A stretch of DNA of 64,000 nucleotides from an uncultured Gammaproteobacteria bacterium (GTDB taxonomy: Bacteria > Patescibacteriota > Patescibacteriia > Magasanikbacterales > GWA2-37-8): NCBI GenBank assembly GCA_964540825.1, contig CAZINT010000001.1, positions 284,565 to 348,564 of the forward strand, given 5' to 3'. The position numbers and the translations under genes were made by a program. This document shows, piece after piece, positions 37,269-46,368 of the stretch. How positions within the stretch are numbered: position 1 is the stretch's first letter; every line of letters begins with the position of its first letter. The notes under the pieces are model-generated. The model ran no database searches. It saw only the letters and a list, made by a program, of their open reading frames with translations, and was not told the DNA's origin.

Positions 37269-37607
37269 ATGTATAGCATCCAAATTATCCTCGTACTATT
37301 TTTCATTTTTGCGATTATTAAGGTAATTGGTCGGTATAAGAGCTATGAAGTTTCATTCCGGACCCTCGTCATGTGGGTATTATTTTGGCTCGTAGGCGCC
37401 TTAGTTGTCATCCGCCCTAATGCAACAGCATATTTTGCCGAGCTGGTTGGTATCGGACGCGGGGCTGATTTGGTCGTGTATTGTTCCATCGCACTGATTT
37501 TTTTTATTATTTTTCGCTTGATGATCAAAATTAATCGGCTGGAGCGTCATATTACCGAGCTTACCCGAAGTGAAGCGCTCAAAGATGTTCAGAAGAATAC
37601 TAGATAA
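37269..37607 (+). CDS. DUF2304 family small membrane protein
   Basis: Three TMs plus a C-terminal coiled-coil tail; typical partner of GT2 genes. Confidence 0.55.
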   Translation: MYSIQIILVLFFIFAIIKVIGRYKSYEVSFRTLVMWVLFWLVGALVVIRPNATAYFAELVGIGRGADLVVYCSIALIFFIIFRLMIKINRLERHITELTRSEALKDVQKNTR

Positions 37608-37622
37608 TCTTCACATAAAAAC

Positions 37623-38753
37623 ATGAAAATTGCTCATATCATCAGCACGTTCCCGCCTCACACCGGAGGAATGGGGATAGTATGTATGAACGAAGCCAAA
37701 CAGCAGGTCGCGGCTGGAAATACCGTAACTGTTTTTACGATGCGCTATCCGAGCACTATCTATCGCGATGAACAATATACTTTTCGCATTATTCGCCTCA
37801 AACCACTTTTAAAGATTGGTAATGGCGGTTTTTTGCCTCAACTCGTTACAGCCTTAAAAAGTTTTGATGTTATCCATCTGCATTATCCTTTTTATGGCGG
37901 AGCAGAGTGGGTGTGGCTTTTTAGCGTTATGTATCATCGTCCGTATGTATTGACGTATCATATGGATGCGGATCCGACCGGGCCAACCAAGCTTGTGCTG
38001 CAAAAAATATATGATCTTATTTTGCCGCGTTTTATTTTGGGCCAGGCCAGCCGCATTATTGCGGTTGATCGGGGGCATGCCAAAGAAACGCGTTTTCGTA
38101 AATTTTTAACCAGTGATCGGGTGCGCGTTGTGCACAATGGTGTTAATACCAACATTTTTAAACCTCAAATAGTCTCGCTCGCGACGCTTGATTTGGAACA
38201 CTGGGGGCATAAAAAAATTATTTTGTTTGTGGGTAATCCAATTCCCGGAAAACGGTTGGATATATTTTTAAAGGCGCTGGCGGAAATTAAAGATGAAACC
38301 GTGGTCGGTCTAGTTGTCGGGGGCGGGTATTATATTGATCGTTATAAACGACTCAGTGAAGGGCTGGGGCTTGCTAAGCGTGTTTTGTTTGTCGGTGCGC
38401 AGCACAGCCGGGAACGCCTAGCGCAGTACTATGCTGTCGCTGCCTGCCTGGCTGTACCATCCACCGCGGAATCATTTTCTTTGGTAGTGATTGAAGCTAT
38501 GGCCAGCGGGTGCCCGGTTGTGGCTACAGATTTGCCGGGGGTCCGAGAACGGATCAACCCAAATGTAGACGGATTCTTAGTTGCTCCCGGCTCAGTTGAC
38601 GCGCTGGTCGCGGGAATTATCAAAGTACTGCATTTGACGCCTCAAGAACGCGCAGCGTTGGTCAGCGCAGCCCGGCTTAAAATGGAGCAAAAATATACCT
38701 GGGCTGAACATGCTGACAACGTACTCGCTGTATATAAAGAAATACGAACTTAA
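37623..38753 (+). CDS. Glycosyltransferase family 4 (GT-B, retaining)
   Basis: C-terminal ESFSLVVIEAMASGCPVVATD motif. Confidence 0.8.
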   Translation: MKIAHIISTFPPHTGGMGIVCMNEAKQQVAAGNTVTVFTMRYPSTIYRDEQYTFRIIRLKPLLKIGNGGFLPQLVTALKSFDVIHLHYPFYGGAEWVWLFSVMYHRPYVLTYHMDADPTGPTKLVLQKIYDLILPRFILGQASRIIAVDRGHAKETRFRKFLTSDRVRVVHNGVNTNIFKPQIVSLATLDLEHWGHKKIILFVGNPIPGKRLDIFLKALAEIKDETVVGLVVGGGYYIDRYKRLSEGLGLAKRVLFVGAQHSRERLAQYYAVAACLAVPSTAESFSLVVIEAMASGCPVVATDLPGVRERINPNVDGFLVAPGSVDALVAGIIKVLHLTPQERAALVSAARLKMEQKYTWAEHADNVLAVYKEIRT

Positions 38754-38758
38754 ATCAT

Positions 38759-39580
38759 ATGACTGAGTTTGATTACGAAGTATCCATTTGGGGTGAAGGG
38801 ATTGCCACCACTGCCTGGTCTGACCCCACCAGTTTTCGTTTGCGCCGCGCGTACGAAGCAGTAGCAGCATTGCCCGAGGGTGCGCGTGTGCTGGAAGTTG
38901 GCGCGGGAGCCGGGCAATTTATTCGAGCCATTAAAAAAAAATTTCCCGCCCTGGAGTGTCATGGATCAGATATTAGCCATGAAGCGCTCGAACGAGCCCG
39001 CAAGTCTCGCGATGGTGTCGTTTACGACCTTACTGCGCCCGAACACCTGCCCTACGCAGATGGATCAATCGACGCGGTTTTAATTTTAGATGTGGTTGAG
39101 CATGTGAGCGACCCTGCCGGGCTACTCGCTGAAGTCAGGCGCGTGCTCGCGCCGCAAGGTATTTTGTATTGTTTTGTGCCGTGCGAAGGGGATGTTCTTT
39201 CTATTTGGAATTTGCTTGATCACTTCGGGCTTAAAAAAAATTTGACTCGTCGTTTTGCAGGACATATTAATTATTTTTCGCGAAAATCCCTGGCGCAACT
39301 TTTTGAGCAGCAAGGATTTGCGGCTGAGCGAGTACGTTATAGCGAACATTTGTTCGGGCAGCTTTTGGGGATTATGGCTTTTAATTTGATGGCTCGCGCC
39401 GCCAAACGGCAAGGTGTGGGTCAACTTAATAATGAAACGTATTTCCAAACACAAGATGTTGAAAAGATGAACGTGACGAAATTGTTTAAAAAAATGGTTA
39501 ACAGTATTGTCTACCTTGAATCGGTGTTGTGGCAGTATCTGCCGTCCCCGAATGTCCATTCCTTTTTGCGTAAAAAATAA
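38759..39580 (+). CDS. Class I SAM-dependent methyltransferase
   Basis: Motif I VLEVGAGAGQF and motif II AVLILDVVEHV. Confidence 0.75.
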   Translation: MTEFDYEVSIWGEGIATTAWSDPTSFRLRRAYEAVAALPEGARVLEVGAGAGQFIRAIKKKFPALECHGSDISHEALERARKSRDGVVYDLTAPEHLPYADGSIDAVLILDVVEHVSDPAGLLAEVRRVLAPQGILYCFVPCEGDVLSIWNLLDHFGLKKNLTRRFAGHINYFSRKSLAQLFEQQGFAAERVRYSEHLFGQLLGIMAFNLMARAAKRQGVGQLNNETYFQTQDVEKMNVTKLFKKMVNSIVYLESVLWQYLPSPNVHSFLRKK

Positions 39581-39585
39581 TTAGT

Positions 39586-40191
39586 ATGCAGGTGCTTGCT
39601 ATTATTCCGGCCGCATTCGATTATTTTGACGATATTCGCGCGTCTGCTTTTCGGTTGGCTGAAATAGCTCGTGACAAGGGGATAGTGATCGAGCCCTATA
39701 CGCTTCAGCTGGGAAAGCCTACACGCTCAAATGAGCAGGCGGTAGCCGAATCATCGCCATCCGGCAATGGTTTTAAGCTTGGTGAAACACTTGCGCTCAG
39801 CAGCCTTACCCGAGCACTACAGGAGGCGGAAATTATTCATCTTCACGCCCCTTTTTTAGGTTTTGGTTCAGAGCTTTTGGCTTTTAAAAAACAATTTCCG
39901 GATCGTCCGCTGATTATTACCTGGTATGGTGCGTTGCCGTATCGCAACCTGTTTAGTCTGTTTATTTTAGGGTATACTAGCTATTATCTTCCTCGTTTAT
40001 GCCGTCTGGCCGACGCTCTCGTCCAGCCGCTTGAAAGTTTAAAACCCAAGCAATTACTTGGGGGTTTGGATGAGAAAATTGAAACCTTGACGTACGCTTC
40101 GGGTAGGGTACAATTGAGTAATCGAAAAAAATCGGAAACAGAACTTTTTACTTATTATAAACACGTGCTCGTCGAGCACGCACGTTTTTAA
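39586..40191 (+). CDS. Hypothetical protein resembling a stand-alone GT4 N-terminal (acceptor-binding) domain
   Basis: 201 aa with an EIIHLHAPFLG motif as in Glyco_trans_4-like N domains, but no C-terminal catalytic half. Confidence 0.3.
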   Translation: MQVLAIIPAAFDYFDDIRASAFRLAEIARDKGIVIEPYTLQLGKPTRSNEQAVAESSPSGNGFKLGETLALSSLTRALQEAEIIHLHAPFLGFGSELLAFKKQFPDRPLIITWYGALPYRNLFSLFILGYTSYYLPRLCRLADALVQPLESLKPKQLLGGLDEKIETLTYASGRVQLSNRKKSETELFTYYKHVLVEHARF

Positions 40192-40192
40192 A

Positions 40193-41071
40193 TTGTTTAG
40201 TATGACTGAAGAAAATCGTCGTTCGTTTTTTAACGGCCTTAATTCCAAAAGCGCACTTATTCTTGGTGTTGTAAGCGGGGTCGGGGCGCTCGGTACGCTG
40301 GGTTTTTTTATCCTGCTCGCGCTTATGGTACGGGGCAGTTTCGAATTTGGTGGTGGAAGTAGTGCCGCTCTTCAAGAGGCCTATGCAGCGGCCGCTAACG
40401 GTGGAACACCGCAAACACCCAGCGCTCCTCCGGCTAATATCCCCAAGTCAGATCGGCCGAAAGTAGAGCTTTTTGTTATGTCGCTGTGTCCATACGGTCT
40501 GCAGATGCAAAAGGCCTATGTGCCCGCTTGGGATCTCTTAAAGAAAAAAGCGGATATCGATGTTAAATTCGTTTCGTATGCCATGCACGGCAAGGAAGAA
40601 GTTGACGAAAACACGGCCCAATATTGTATTGAAAACGAACAGGGAAATAAATACTTGGCATATTTGCAGTGTTATACCGCCTCAGGTAATGCGGCCAGTT
40701 GTTTAAAAGCAGCGGGAGTTAATACGGCAAAATTGCAAACGTGCGTGAATGCGACTAACAAAAAATTTGGTATTTTGGATGAGTACAATAATCGTGCCAA
40801 CTGGCTGAGCGGTCAATTTCCGGTCTATCCAATTCATAAGGACCTCAATACCGCGTATGGGGTACAAGGGTCGCCTACACTTGTTATCAATGGAACAGAA
40901 GTTCAAGTTGGGAGAAATCCGGAAGCGATTAAGCAAGCGATCTGTGCCGCATTTAACAATGCTCCGGACGAATGTAGCCAGACGCTCAGTAGTGTAGCGT
41001 TGAATGTCGGTTTTGGCAGTACGCCTGATGTCGGAAGCGGCGGCGCTGCTCAAGCTGGCTGCGGTACTTAA
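40193..41071 (+). CDS. Membrane-anchored thioredoxin-fold (DsbA-like) protein, tentative
   Basis: N-terminal TM and a thioredoxin-like segment (VELFVMSLCPYG) with six further Cys. The canonical CxxC is absent (CPYG). Confidence 0.35.
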   Translation: MFSMTEENRRSFFNGLNSKSALILGVVSGVGALGTLGFFILLALMVRGSFEFGGGSSAALQEAYAAAANGGTPQTPSAPPANIPKSDRPKVELFVMSLCPYGLQMQKAYVPAWDLLKKKADIDVKFVSYAMHGKEEVDENTAQYCIENEQGNKYLAYLQCYTASGNAASCLKAAGVNTAKLQTCVNATNKKFGILDEYNNRANWLSGQFPVYPIHKDLNTAYGVQGSPTLVINGTEVQVGRNPEAIKQAICAAFNNAPDECSQTLSSVALNVGFGSTPDVGSGGAAQAGCGT

Positions 41072-41095
41072 AATCATTAGTTTTAAACGAATAAT

Positions 41096-41404
41096 ATGGG
41101 AAAATTTAATAAAGGTTTACTCCTTGGAGGTGTGCTCGGTGCAGCCCTGGTTTGGCTTAATGTTACCCCCAAAGGCAAAGAGCTCCGGGCCAAGGTTACG
41201 CAGCATTTTGAACCGCTTTTTAATCAGCTTAAAGACAGTTTAAAACAACTGGAAGGCCCCACCCGTGAGATGTATGACGCTTTGGTTGAGCGGGCGGTGG
41301 AAGAATACGCGGCTAAAAAAGAGATTGCAATGGATTTAAAAATTGCACTGGTACGTGAGCTCAAAAAACGCTGGAAAGACGTTGAGGCTGAGCTGAAACA
41401 GTAA
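41096..41404 (+). CDS. YtxH-like (DUF948) small protein
   Basis: GLLLGGVLGAALVWLNVTPKGKELRAKV matches the YtxH N-terminal pattern. Confidence 0.55.
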   Translation: MGKFNKGLLLGGVLGAALVWLNVTPKGKELRAKVTQHFEPLFNQLKDSLKQLEGPTREMYDALVERAVEEYAAKKEIAMDLKIALVRELKKRWKDVEAELKQ

Positions 41405-41433
41405 GATTTAAAGGCTTTTTGCGCCCTACAGGC

Positions 41434-41462
41434 TTGACAAAAAGCCTTTTTTATAGTATAAT
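41434..41462 (+). promoter_or_regulatory. Consensus sigma-70 promoter: TTGACA (41434-41439), 17-nt spacer, TATAAT (41457-41462)
   Basis: Perfect hexamers read directly. The -35 hexamer lies in the loop of the hairpin AAAGGCTTTTT...AAAAAGCCTTT that also ends the YtxH gene. Confidence 0.7.
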
Positions 41463-43595
41463 TTGGCGTTATTTATTTTTAACTTAAAGCTTGTGTTTTT
41501 ATCTAAAAAAACCCTTCTTGCAGCCATTATGGTGGTTGTCGGCGGACTCGCTCTTGCGAGCCAACCAGCATCGGCGGCAAATCGTACGCGTGTTGAAACA
41601 ACGCTTAGAGTCTACACTGCTACTGGCAGTATTATAGTGCCCGAACTTACGCTCGCCTCGGACGCAAAAAACTTGACCTATGCCGGCCTTGATCTTTTTA
41701 CTAACCCAAGTGGAGCACAAGTGGTTGGTGCTGAACAGGGAGATATTTATGTAGGCGTGCGCGGTTCTGCTGCGTTCTTGCTCGCCAATTCCGCGGGTCA
41801 AGGCGGATTGTATCGCCTGAGTAAAGTAAGCAGTCCGGCACCGCTTAACAAAACTGTCGCAACCAATAAAAAAGGCGTGACCTATGTTCGCTCGGGCGTG
41901 CCGCTCACAAAGGATGCTATTTTTGCAGTGTATGACACGTATTCAAAAACGTATTTTAAAATTCGTGTTTTGAGCGTGAAGCGTACGACGGTGCCTGACT
42001 TGTCCGGGACACCAACTATTACTTCCCCTAAGAATGATACTGACGTAAGCTCGCTTGAAACAAATCTTAGCATTGCCTGGAAAGGTGTGACGGTAGCCGA
42101 AAAATACACGCTTATTTTGAATTGTACTTCATGTGATACGACCTGGGAAACACACCGTTATGAATTTACCGGAGCAACCCAAAAATACGTTCTTCCGCTC
42201 AGCGGACTTCCGAGCGGTAAGCAATATTACAACGTAACTGTTCAAGCTGCTCAAGGCACTGTTACAACCCCACGTTCGTTCCCAGTATACTTTACCTATA
42301 CGAATGCTCGTACGACCCCAATAGTGAGCGGGTCAGTTGGTAAGCCGGCTATAACAAGCCCAGCTCAAAACCAGGTATTTACGACTGCTCCCCGCACCCT
42401 TACCGTACAATGGTCAGCAATAAGCGGCGCTTCTAAGTATGAAGTCGCAGTTGATTGTGACTCATGCGGCACAGCTACTGGTTGGAATAGCTACACAACC
42501 TATTCAACGACTCAAACCAGTCAAGTTATTACAGTTTCAGAAGATAAACAGTATACTGTTGCCGTGCGTGCTTTTGATGTGAATGGAATTTCAGGTTCTC
42601 TATCAGAAAAAATTACGTTTCGTTTTAATCAAAATGTAGCCGCCAGTTCTATTCTTCCTCCGGTTATTACCAGCCCGACTAGTGGTGCTGTGCTGAGTTA
42701 TTACCCCCGTGTTATTCATGCCTCGTGGTGGAAAGTAGCCGGAGCTAGTAATTATATTCTCAGTCTCGAATGCGAATCGTGCAGCGGTAATGGTTGGAAA
42801 GAAATAAGCAGCAACACAATTAATAATAATACAGGCTCAGCTAGTTCGCTTGATTTGCCGGCGCTCGCTATTGATTCGGAATATCGTATCCGGATGCGTT
42901 CAGTAGACGGCGCGGGTGCTGCGGGCCCTTGGTCTGATTATACTAATTTCCGTTTCAGTACTATTTCGATGGATACTCCGACAATTACCAGCCCTAGTGC
43001 TAATCAAATGCTTACCAATAGTCCTCGTACCTTTGGGGTACTGTGGAATGCGGTACGCTCAGCAGTAAGTTATGTGGTGGAAGTTGATTGTAAAGATTGT
43101 GCGCAGCCTGCTTGGAGTAAAACCGAGTATCAGGCAACCGTTGATGACAGCACGTGGCTTACAATGACCGCTCCGAGTGACGGACAATACCGTGTGCGCG
43201 TCCAAGCAGTTGATCAGTATGGCAATCATACCGCCTGGTCACAATATACCAACTTTAGTTTCTCAACTGCCCAAAATACTCAAATTGCTGCGCCAAAAGT
43301 AACTTCGCCAACCCTTGGCGCTGAGGTAAGTGGTGCAGCCAAGCAAGTAGCTTTAAGCTGGAGTTCGGTTGGAAATTTTTATCGTTATGAAGTGGCGCTC
43401 GAATGCAATTCGTGCGGTACCTCAACAGGCTGGAAGTACCTCAAGGCATACCGCACGCCTGATACTTCGAATTCACTTATGATCACTCTTCCGCAAGATG
43501 GCAGTTATCGTTTTCAAGTTCGTGCTATTGATGTTGATGCTAACCGCGCGGGGCAATGGTCTGACGCAGTGGCATTCAACTATAAGACGTTATAA
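41463..43595 (+). CDS. Secreted repeat protein with five tandem FN3/Ig-like repeats of about 105 aa, each with a conserved CxxC pair
   Basis: Signal peptide and repeats beginning P-[TAVK]-[IV]-TSP, each containing W...G-[AV]-x-x-Y-x-[LV]...C-x-[SD]-C...W...Y-x-V-x-V-x-A. The ORF-track TTG start at 41463 abuts the -10 hexamer, so the true start is probably GTG 41493 or ATG 41529. Confidence 0.6.
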   Translation: MALFIFNLKLVFLSKKTLLAAIMVVVGGLALASQPASAANRTRVETTLRVYTATGSIIVPELTLASDAKNLTYAGLDLFTNPSGAQVVGAEQGDIYVGVRGSAAFLLANSAGQGGLYRLSKVSSPAPLNKTVATNKKGVTYVRSGVPLTKDAIFAVYDTYSKTYFKIRVLSVKRTTVPDLSGTPTITSPKNDTDVSSLETNLSIAWKGVTVAEKYTLILNCTSCDTTWETHRYEFTGATQKYVLPLSGLPSGKQYYNVTVQAAQGTVTTPRSFPVYFTYTNARTTPIVSGSVGKPAITSPAQNQVFTTAPRTLTVQWSAISGASKYEVAVDCDSCGTATGWNSYTTYSTTQTSQVITVSEDKQYTVAVRAFDVNGISGSLSEKITFRFNQNVAASSILPPVITSPTSGAVLSYYPRVIHASWWKVAGASNYILSLECESCSGNGWKEISSNTINNNTGSASSLDLPALAIDSEYRIRMRSVDGAGAAGPWSDYTNFRFSTISMDTPTITSPSANQMLTNSPRTFGVLWNAVRSAVSYVVEVDCKDCAQPAWSKTEYQATVDDSTWLTMTAPSDGQYRVRVQAVDQYGNHTAWSQYTNFSFSTAQNTQIAAPKVTSPTLGAEVSGAAKQVALSWSSVGNFYRYEVALECNSCGTSTGWKYLKAYRTPDTSNSLMITLPQDGSYRFQVRAIDVDANRAGQWSDAVAFNYKTL

Positions 43596-43605
43596 GCCTA
43601 CTCAT

Positions 43606-43640
43606 AAAAAAACTGCCCATTTCATTGAGGCAGTTTTTTT
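43606..43640 (+). terminator. Rho-independent terminator (AAAAAACTGCC-loop-GGCAGTTTTTTT)
   Basis: Hairpin plus 7-T tract after the repeat protein. Confidence 0.8.
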
Positions 43641-43713
43641 ATGCTTTAAAACAAAAACAACCTTCAGCCGGGAAAGTTGTTTTTGAAGGGTGGGCTCAAG
43701 TGAGCCCGGGGAG

Positions 43714-44031
43714 TCAGGGGAGTTCTGACTGAGGCGACAGGCCAACAGCTTCGAGCCATTTACGCGGAACTCTTGCCAGGTTCCAGCTGTGCCATTTGTA
43801 CTTTGGCCTTTCCGCCAAACCGTGTTTGGTGACCACGAGCGAAAAGCAAGTGGCCAGATGGGCGGGTGTGGTGAAGCCAAGGGTAGTGTGGCGTTTGCCG
43901 TCGTTGAGCTGAAAGGATTTGTTGAACGTCGCCATAAACAGCGGGAAGAACCGGCGAAGGGTGGTAGGGGAAACGCCTGGTGGCACATCTGCTTTGGTTA
44001 GTTCTGGTCCGGGATCGATCTTTTGCACCAT
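43714..44031 (-). pseudogene. Possible IS5-family transposase N-terminal (DUF4096-like) remnant in a GC-rich island
   Basis: The translation shows a loose DUF4096-like pattern (R-P-x-Y-x-W, ARVPRKW, EAVGL), but there is no DDE domain downstream. Multiple overlapping ORFs on both strands in a high-GC patch. Confidence 0.2.
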
Positions 44032-44056
44032 CTAGCTACCTCTTTTTTTCAGGTTG

Positions 44057-45835
44057 TTAACCGGTTGATCGGCGGATATCCTCAATCGTCATCTGCAGTT
44101 CACGCGTGCCATTCCATTCGTTGACACCGATTGTGAAAACCATGTCGATTTTGTCGCCGGGCTTGAGATTCTCTTTCCAATTGTCAGGGTGGCGTCCCGG
44201 GTCACCCAGTCCAAAGCCAATCGTTTTTTTGGCAACTTGGGAATTATGTTTGAGGGTAACACGCAAATGCTTGCCGTCCTGCCCCAGTGCGTCAACTGCG
44301 GCGACTGTCAGGCCATAGGCAGCATATTTAGGCTCTTCGTTGGCTTGGCCAAACGGCTGGAATTGCTGCAGGAGGTCATACAGTTTCCAGTCAATTTCGC
44401 TGAGGTCAACCTCGGCGTCGATAGTAATTTGTGGAACAAGTTCCACGCCTTTGAGCAGTTCGGTAACTTTGGCAAGAAGTGTAGTTTTAAAATCTTCTAA
44501 AACAGCTTTGTCTTTGAGTGAAAAACCGCATGCTTGAGGGTGGCCGCCAAATTTATAAAAAAATTCCGGCATGGTTTGAAGGGCGGCAATTAAATTCAAT
44601 TCTTTGACACTGCGGCCAGAACCGGTGATTTGACCATTGTTAAGGCCCATGGCCAGAATCGGTCGGTAAAATTCATCTTTAATGCGGCTGGCAATAAGAC
44701 CTAAAATTCCGGTTGGCCAGCCTTCGCCCAGCACAAACAAAATGGGATTATCTTCTTGGTGAGTCACTTTGATTTGGGCGCGAGCCTCGTTAACTAATTG
44801 TTCGGTCATTTTTTGGCGATCGGTATTGTTTGCACCGAGTTGGAAAGCGAGGTCTTCGGCTTCCTTTTCACTTTCAGCCATAAGGAGCATAAAGGCAACA
44901 TTCGCATGGTCCATACGTCCCGCAGCGTTAATGCGCGGGGCAATCTGAAAACCAATGGTGTGGGTGTCGTACGCACCGCGCTTTGGTTTGCCGTTCTCGT
45001 CGCATGCTCCCGAGCTGATAAGTAATTTTTGGAGTCCAATATTGCGCGTTTTATTGAGTACAGTTAATCCATAGCGAACGAGCGCGCGTGATTCACCAAC
45101 CAGCGGGACCATGTCTCCAACGGTTGAAATCGAGACCATATCAAGGAGCCATTTTTCAAATCCTTCATGTGTTTCGCCTCCTGGCAGAAATTCGTGGGTT
45201 TCGTGGTGACGTTTTAAAAGTGCCTGTGCGAGCTTGAACGCAACGCCTCCTCCGGCAAGTGTTTTGTCGGGGTAGCGCTCGCCGGGAACAAGGGGGTGGA
45301 TGATCGCATCAGCGGGCGGAAAAACAGCTGGCATGGCATGGTGATCGGTAATAATCGTTTTGATGCCGAGCGCCTTGGCTTCGGTAATTTCCTGAGTATT
45401 ACTGATACCGCAGTCGCAGGTGATAACGAGTTCGGTGCCATTGTCTTTAAGCAGTTTGACCGTGCGGCTATTGAGGCCATAACCGTCAGTTTCGCGGTGA
45501 GGAAGAAAAATACCGGTATCTTTGGCGCCTAATTTTTTAAGTGTTGAAATAAGCACGACCGAAGCACATACGCCATCGGCGTCGTAGTCACCATGGACGG
45601 TGATTTTTTTGTTACTTTGTATACAGTCAAAAATCAGCGCGACGGCTTTTTCCATGTCGTTGAAAAGAAAAGGGTCGTGAATATCGCCGGCATAATCAGG
45701 GTTTAAAAATTCGTCGATTTTTTCCTGTGTGCGCAAATTTCGATTCCAGAGGAGCCTGGTAATACTAGCCGGAAGTTCCGGGTGCTCGGCAATAAATTCA
45801 GGTGGAGGCGGGGGAAGGGTGATCCATTTTTTCAT
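44057..45835 (-). CDS. recJ: Single-stranded-DNA-specific exonuclease RecJ
   Basis: DHH motifs (HGDYDADGV, DHH in TDHHAMP) and a DHHA1 domain. Confidence 0.9.
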   Translation of the reverse strand: MKKWITLPPPPPEFIAEHPELPASITRLLWNRNLRTQEKIDEFLNPDYAGDIHDPFLFNDMEKAVALIFDCIQSNKKITVHGDYDADGVCASVVLISTLKKLGAKDTGIFLPHRETDGYGLNSRTVKLLKDNGTELVITCDCGISNTQEITEAKALGIKTIITDHHAMPAVFPPADAIIHPLVPGERYPDKTLAGGGVAFKLAQALLKRHHETHEFLPGGETHEGFEKWLLDMVSISTVGDMVPLVGESRALVRYGLTVLNKTRNIGLQKLLISSGACDENGKPKRGAYDTHTIGFQIAPRINAAGRMDHANVAFMLLMAESEKEAEDLAFQLGANNTDRQKMTEQLVNEARAQIKVTHQEDNPILFVLGEGWPTGILGLIASRIKDEFYRPILAMGLNNGQITGSGRSVKELNLIAALQTMPEFFYKFGGHPQACGFSLKDKAVLEDFKTTLLAKVTELLKGVELVPQITIDAEVDLSEIDWKLYDLLQQFQPFGQANEEPKYAAYGLTVAAVDALGQDGKHLRVTLKHNSQVAKKTIGFGLGDPGRHPDNWKENLKPGDKIDMVFTIGVNEWNGTRELQMTIEDIRRSTG

Positions 45836-45845
45836 AAAGTGGTAA

Positions 45846-46250
45846 TCAGGCTTGTCGATTAAGGACGTTGTCGAGATTTATTTTTTTAAAATCCCAATAC
45901 GAATCTGCCAAAAGTAGTGTAAAAATAACAAACAAAAGGTTAATTGACCAAAACTTTCCAGCTGGCAGCGGGGTGTCGTAACTGGCAAATAAAATAGATC
46001 CTAAGGCGATCCAGTACACCAGTGTTTTGGGAGTAATCTGCCGCCGATCATCAGAGCGAATATTGCGGCGAATACCCAGAAGGTGCAGAACATAAAAAAT
46101 AATGAGCGGCGCGCCCAAAAACCATTCATATTTTGAAGCGTCTATGTTCAAATAGGTCAACGTATACAAAGCTGCCCAAAGTAACAAGCCGAGTGCAAAA
46201 AAGAGAAAAATGACGTCAAGCTGGTAGTGGCGCAAGAGGCGCATAGGCAC
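45846..46250 (-). CDS. Four-TM membrane protein, hypothetical
   Basis: Hydrophobic 134-aa ORF, 10 nt downstream of recJ on the same strand. Confidence 0.4.
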   Translation of the reverse strand: MPMRLLRHYQLDVIFLFFALGLLLWAALYTLTYLNIDASKYEWFLGAPLIIFYVLHLLGIRRNIRSDDRRQITPKTLVYWIALGSILFASYDTPLPAGKFWSINLLFVIFTLLLADSYWDFKKINLDNVLNRQA

Positions 46251-46268
46251 AAAAGGCGGAGGGCCTAT

Positions 46269-46364
46269 TTATTGGAATAAAGGGAGGACGGTAAGTAGAA
46301 GCATGGAAAGAATTGCGACTACGGCGAGAACCGCGCCCAGACGTTTAGAAGTTTTTTCTTTCAT
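46269..46364 (-). CDS. Candidate 31-aa single-TM small peptide (MKEKTSKRLGAVLAVVAILSMLLLTVLPLFQ)
   Basis: Found by manual translation, below the ORF-track cutoff. Starts 4 nt after the lepA stop on the same strand; plausible but unproven. Confidence 0.2.
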   Translation of the reverse strand: MKEKTSKRLGAVLAVVAILSMLLLTVLPLFQ

Positions 46365-46368
46365 AAAG

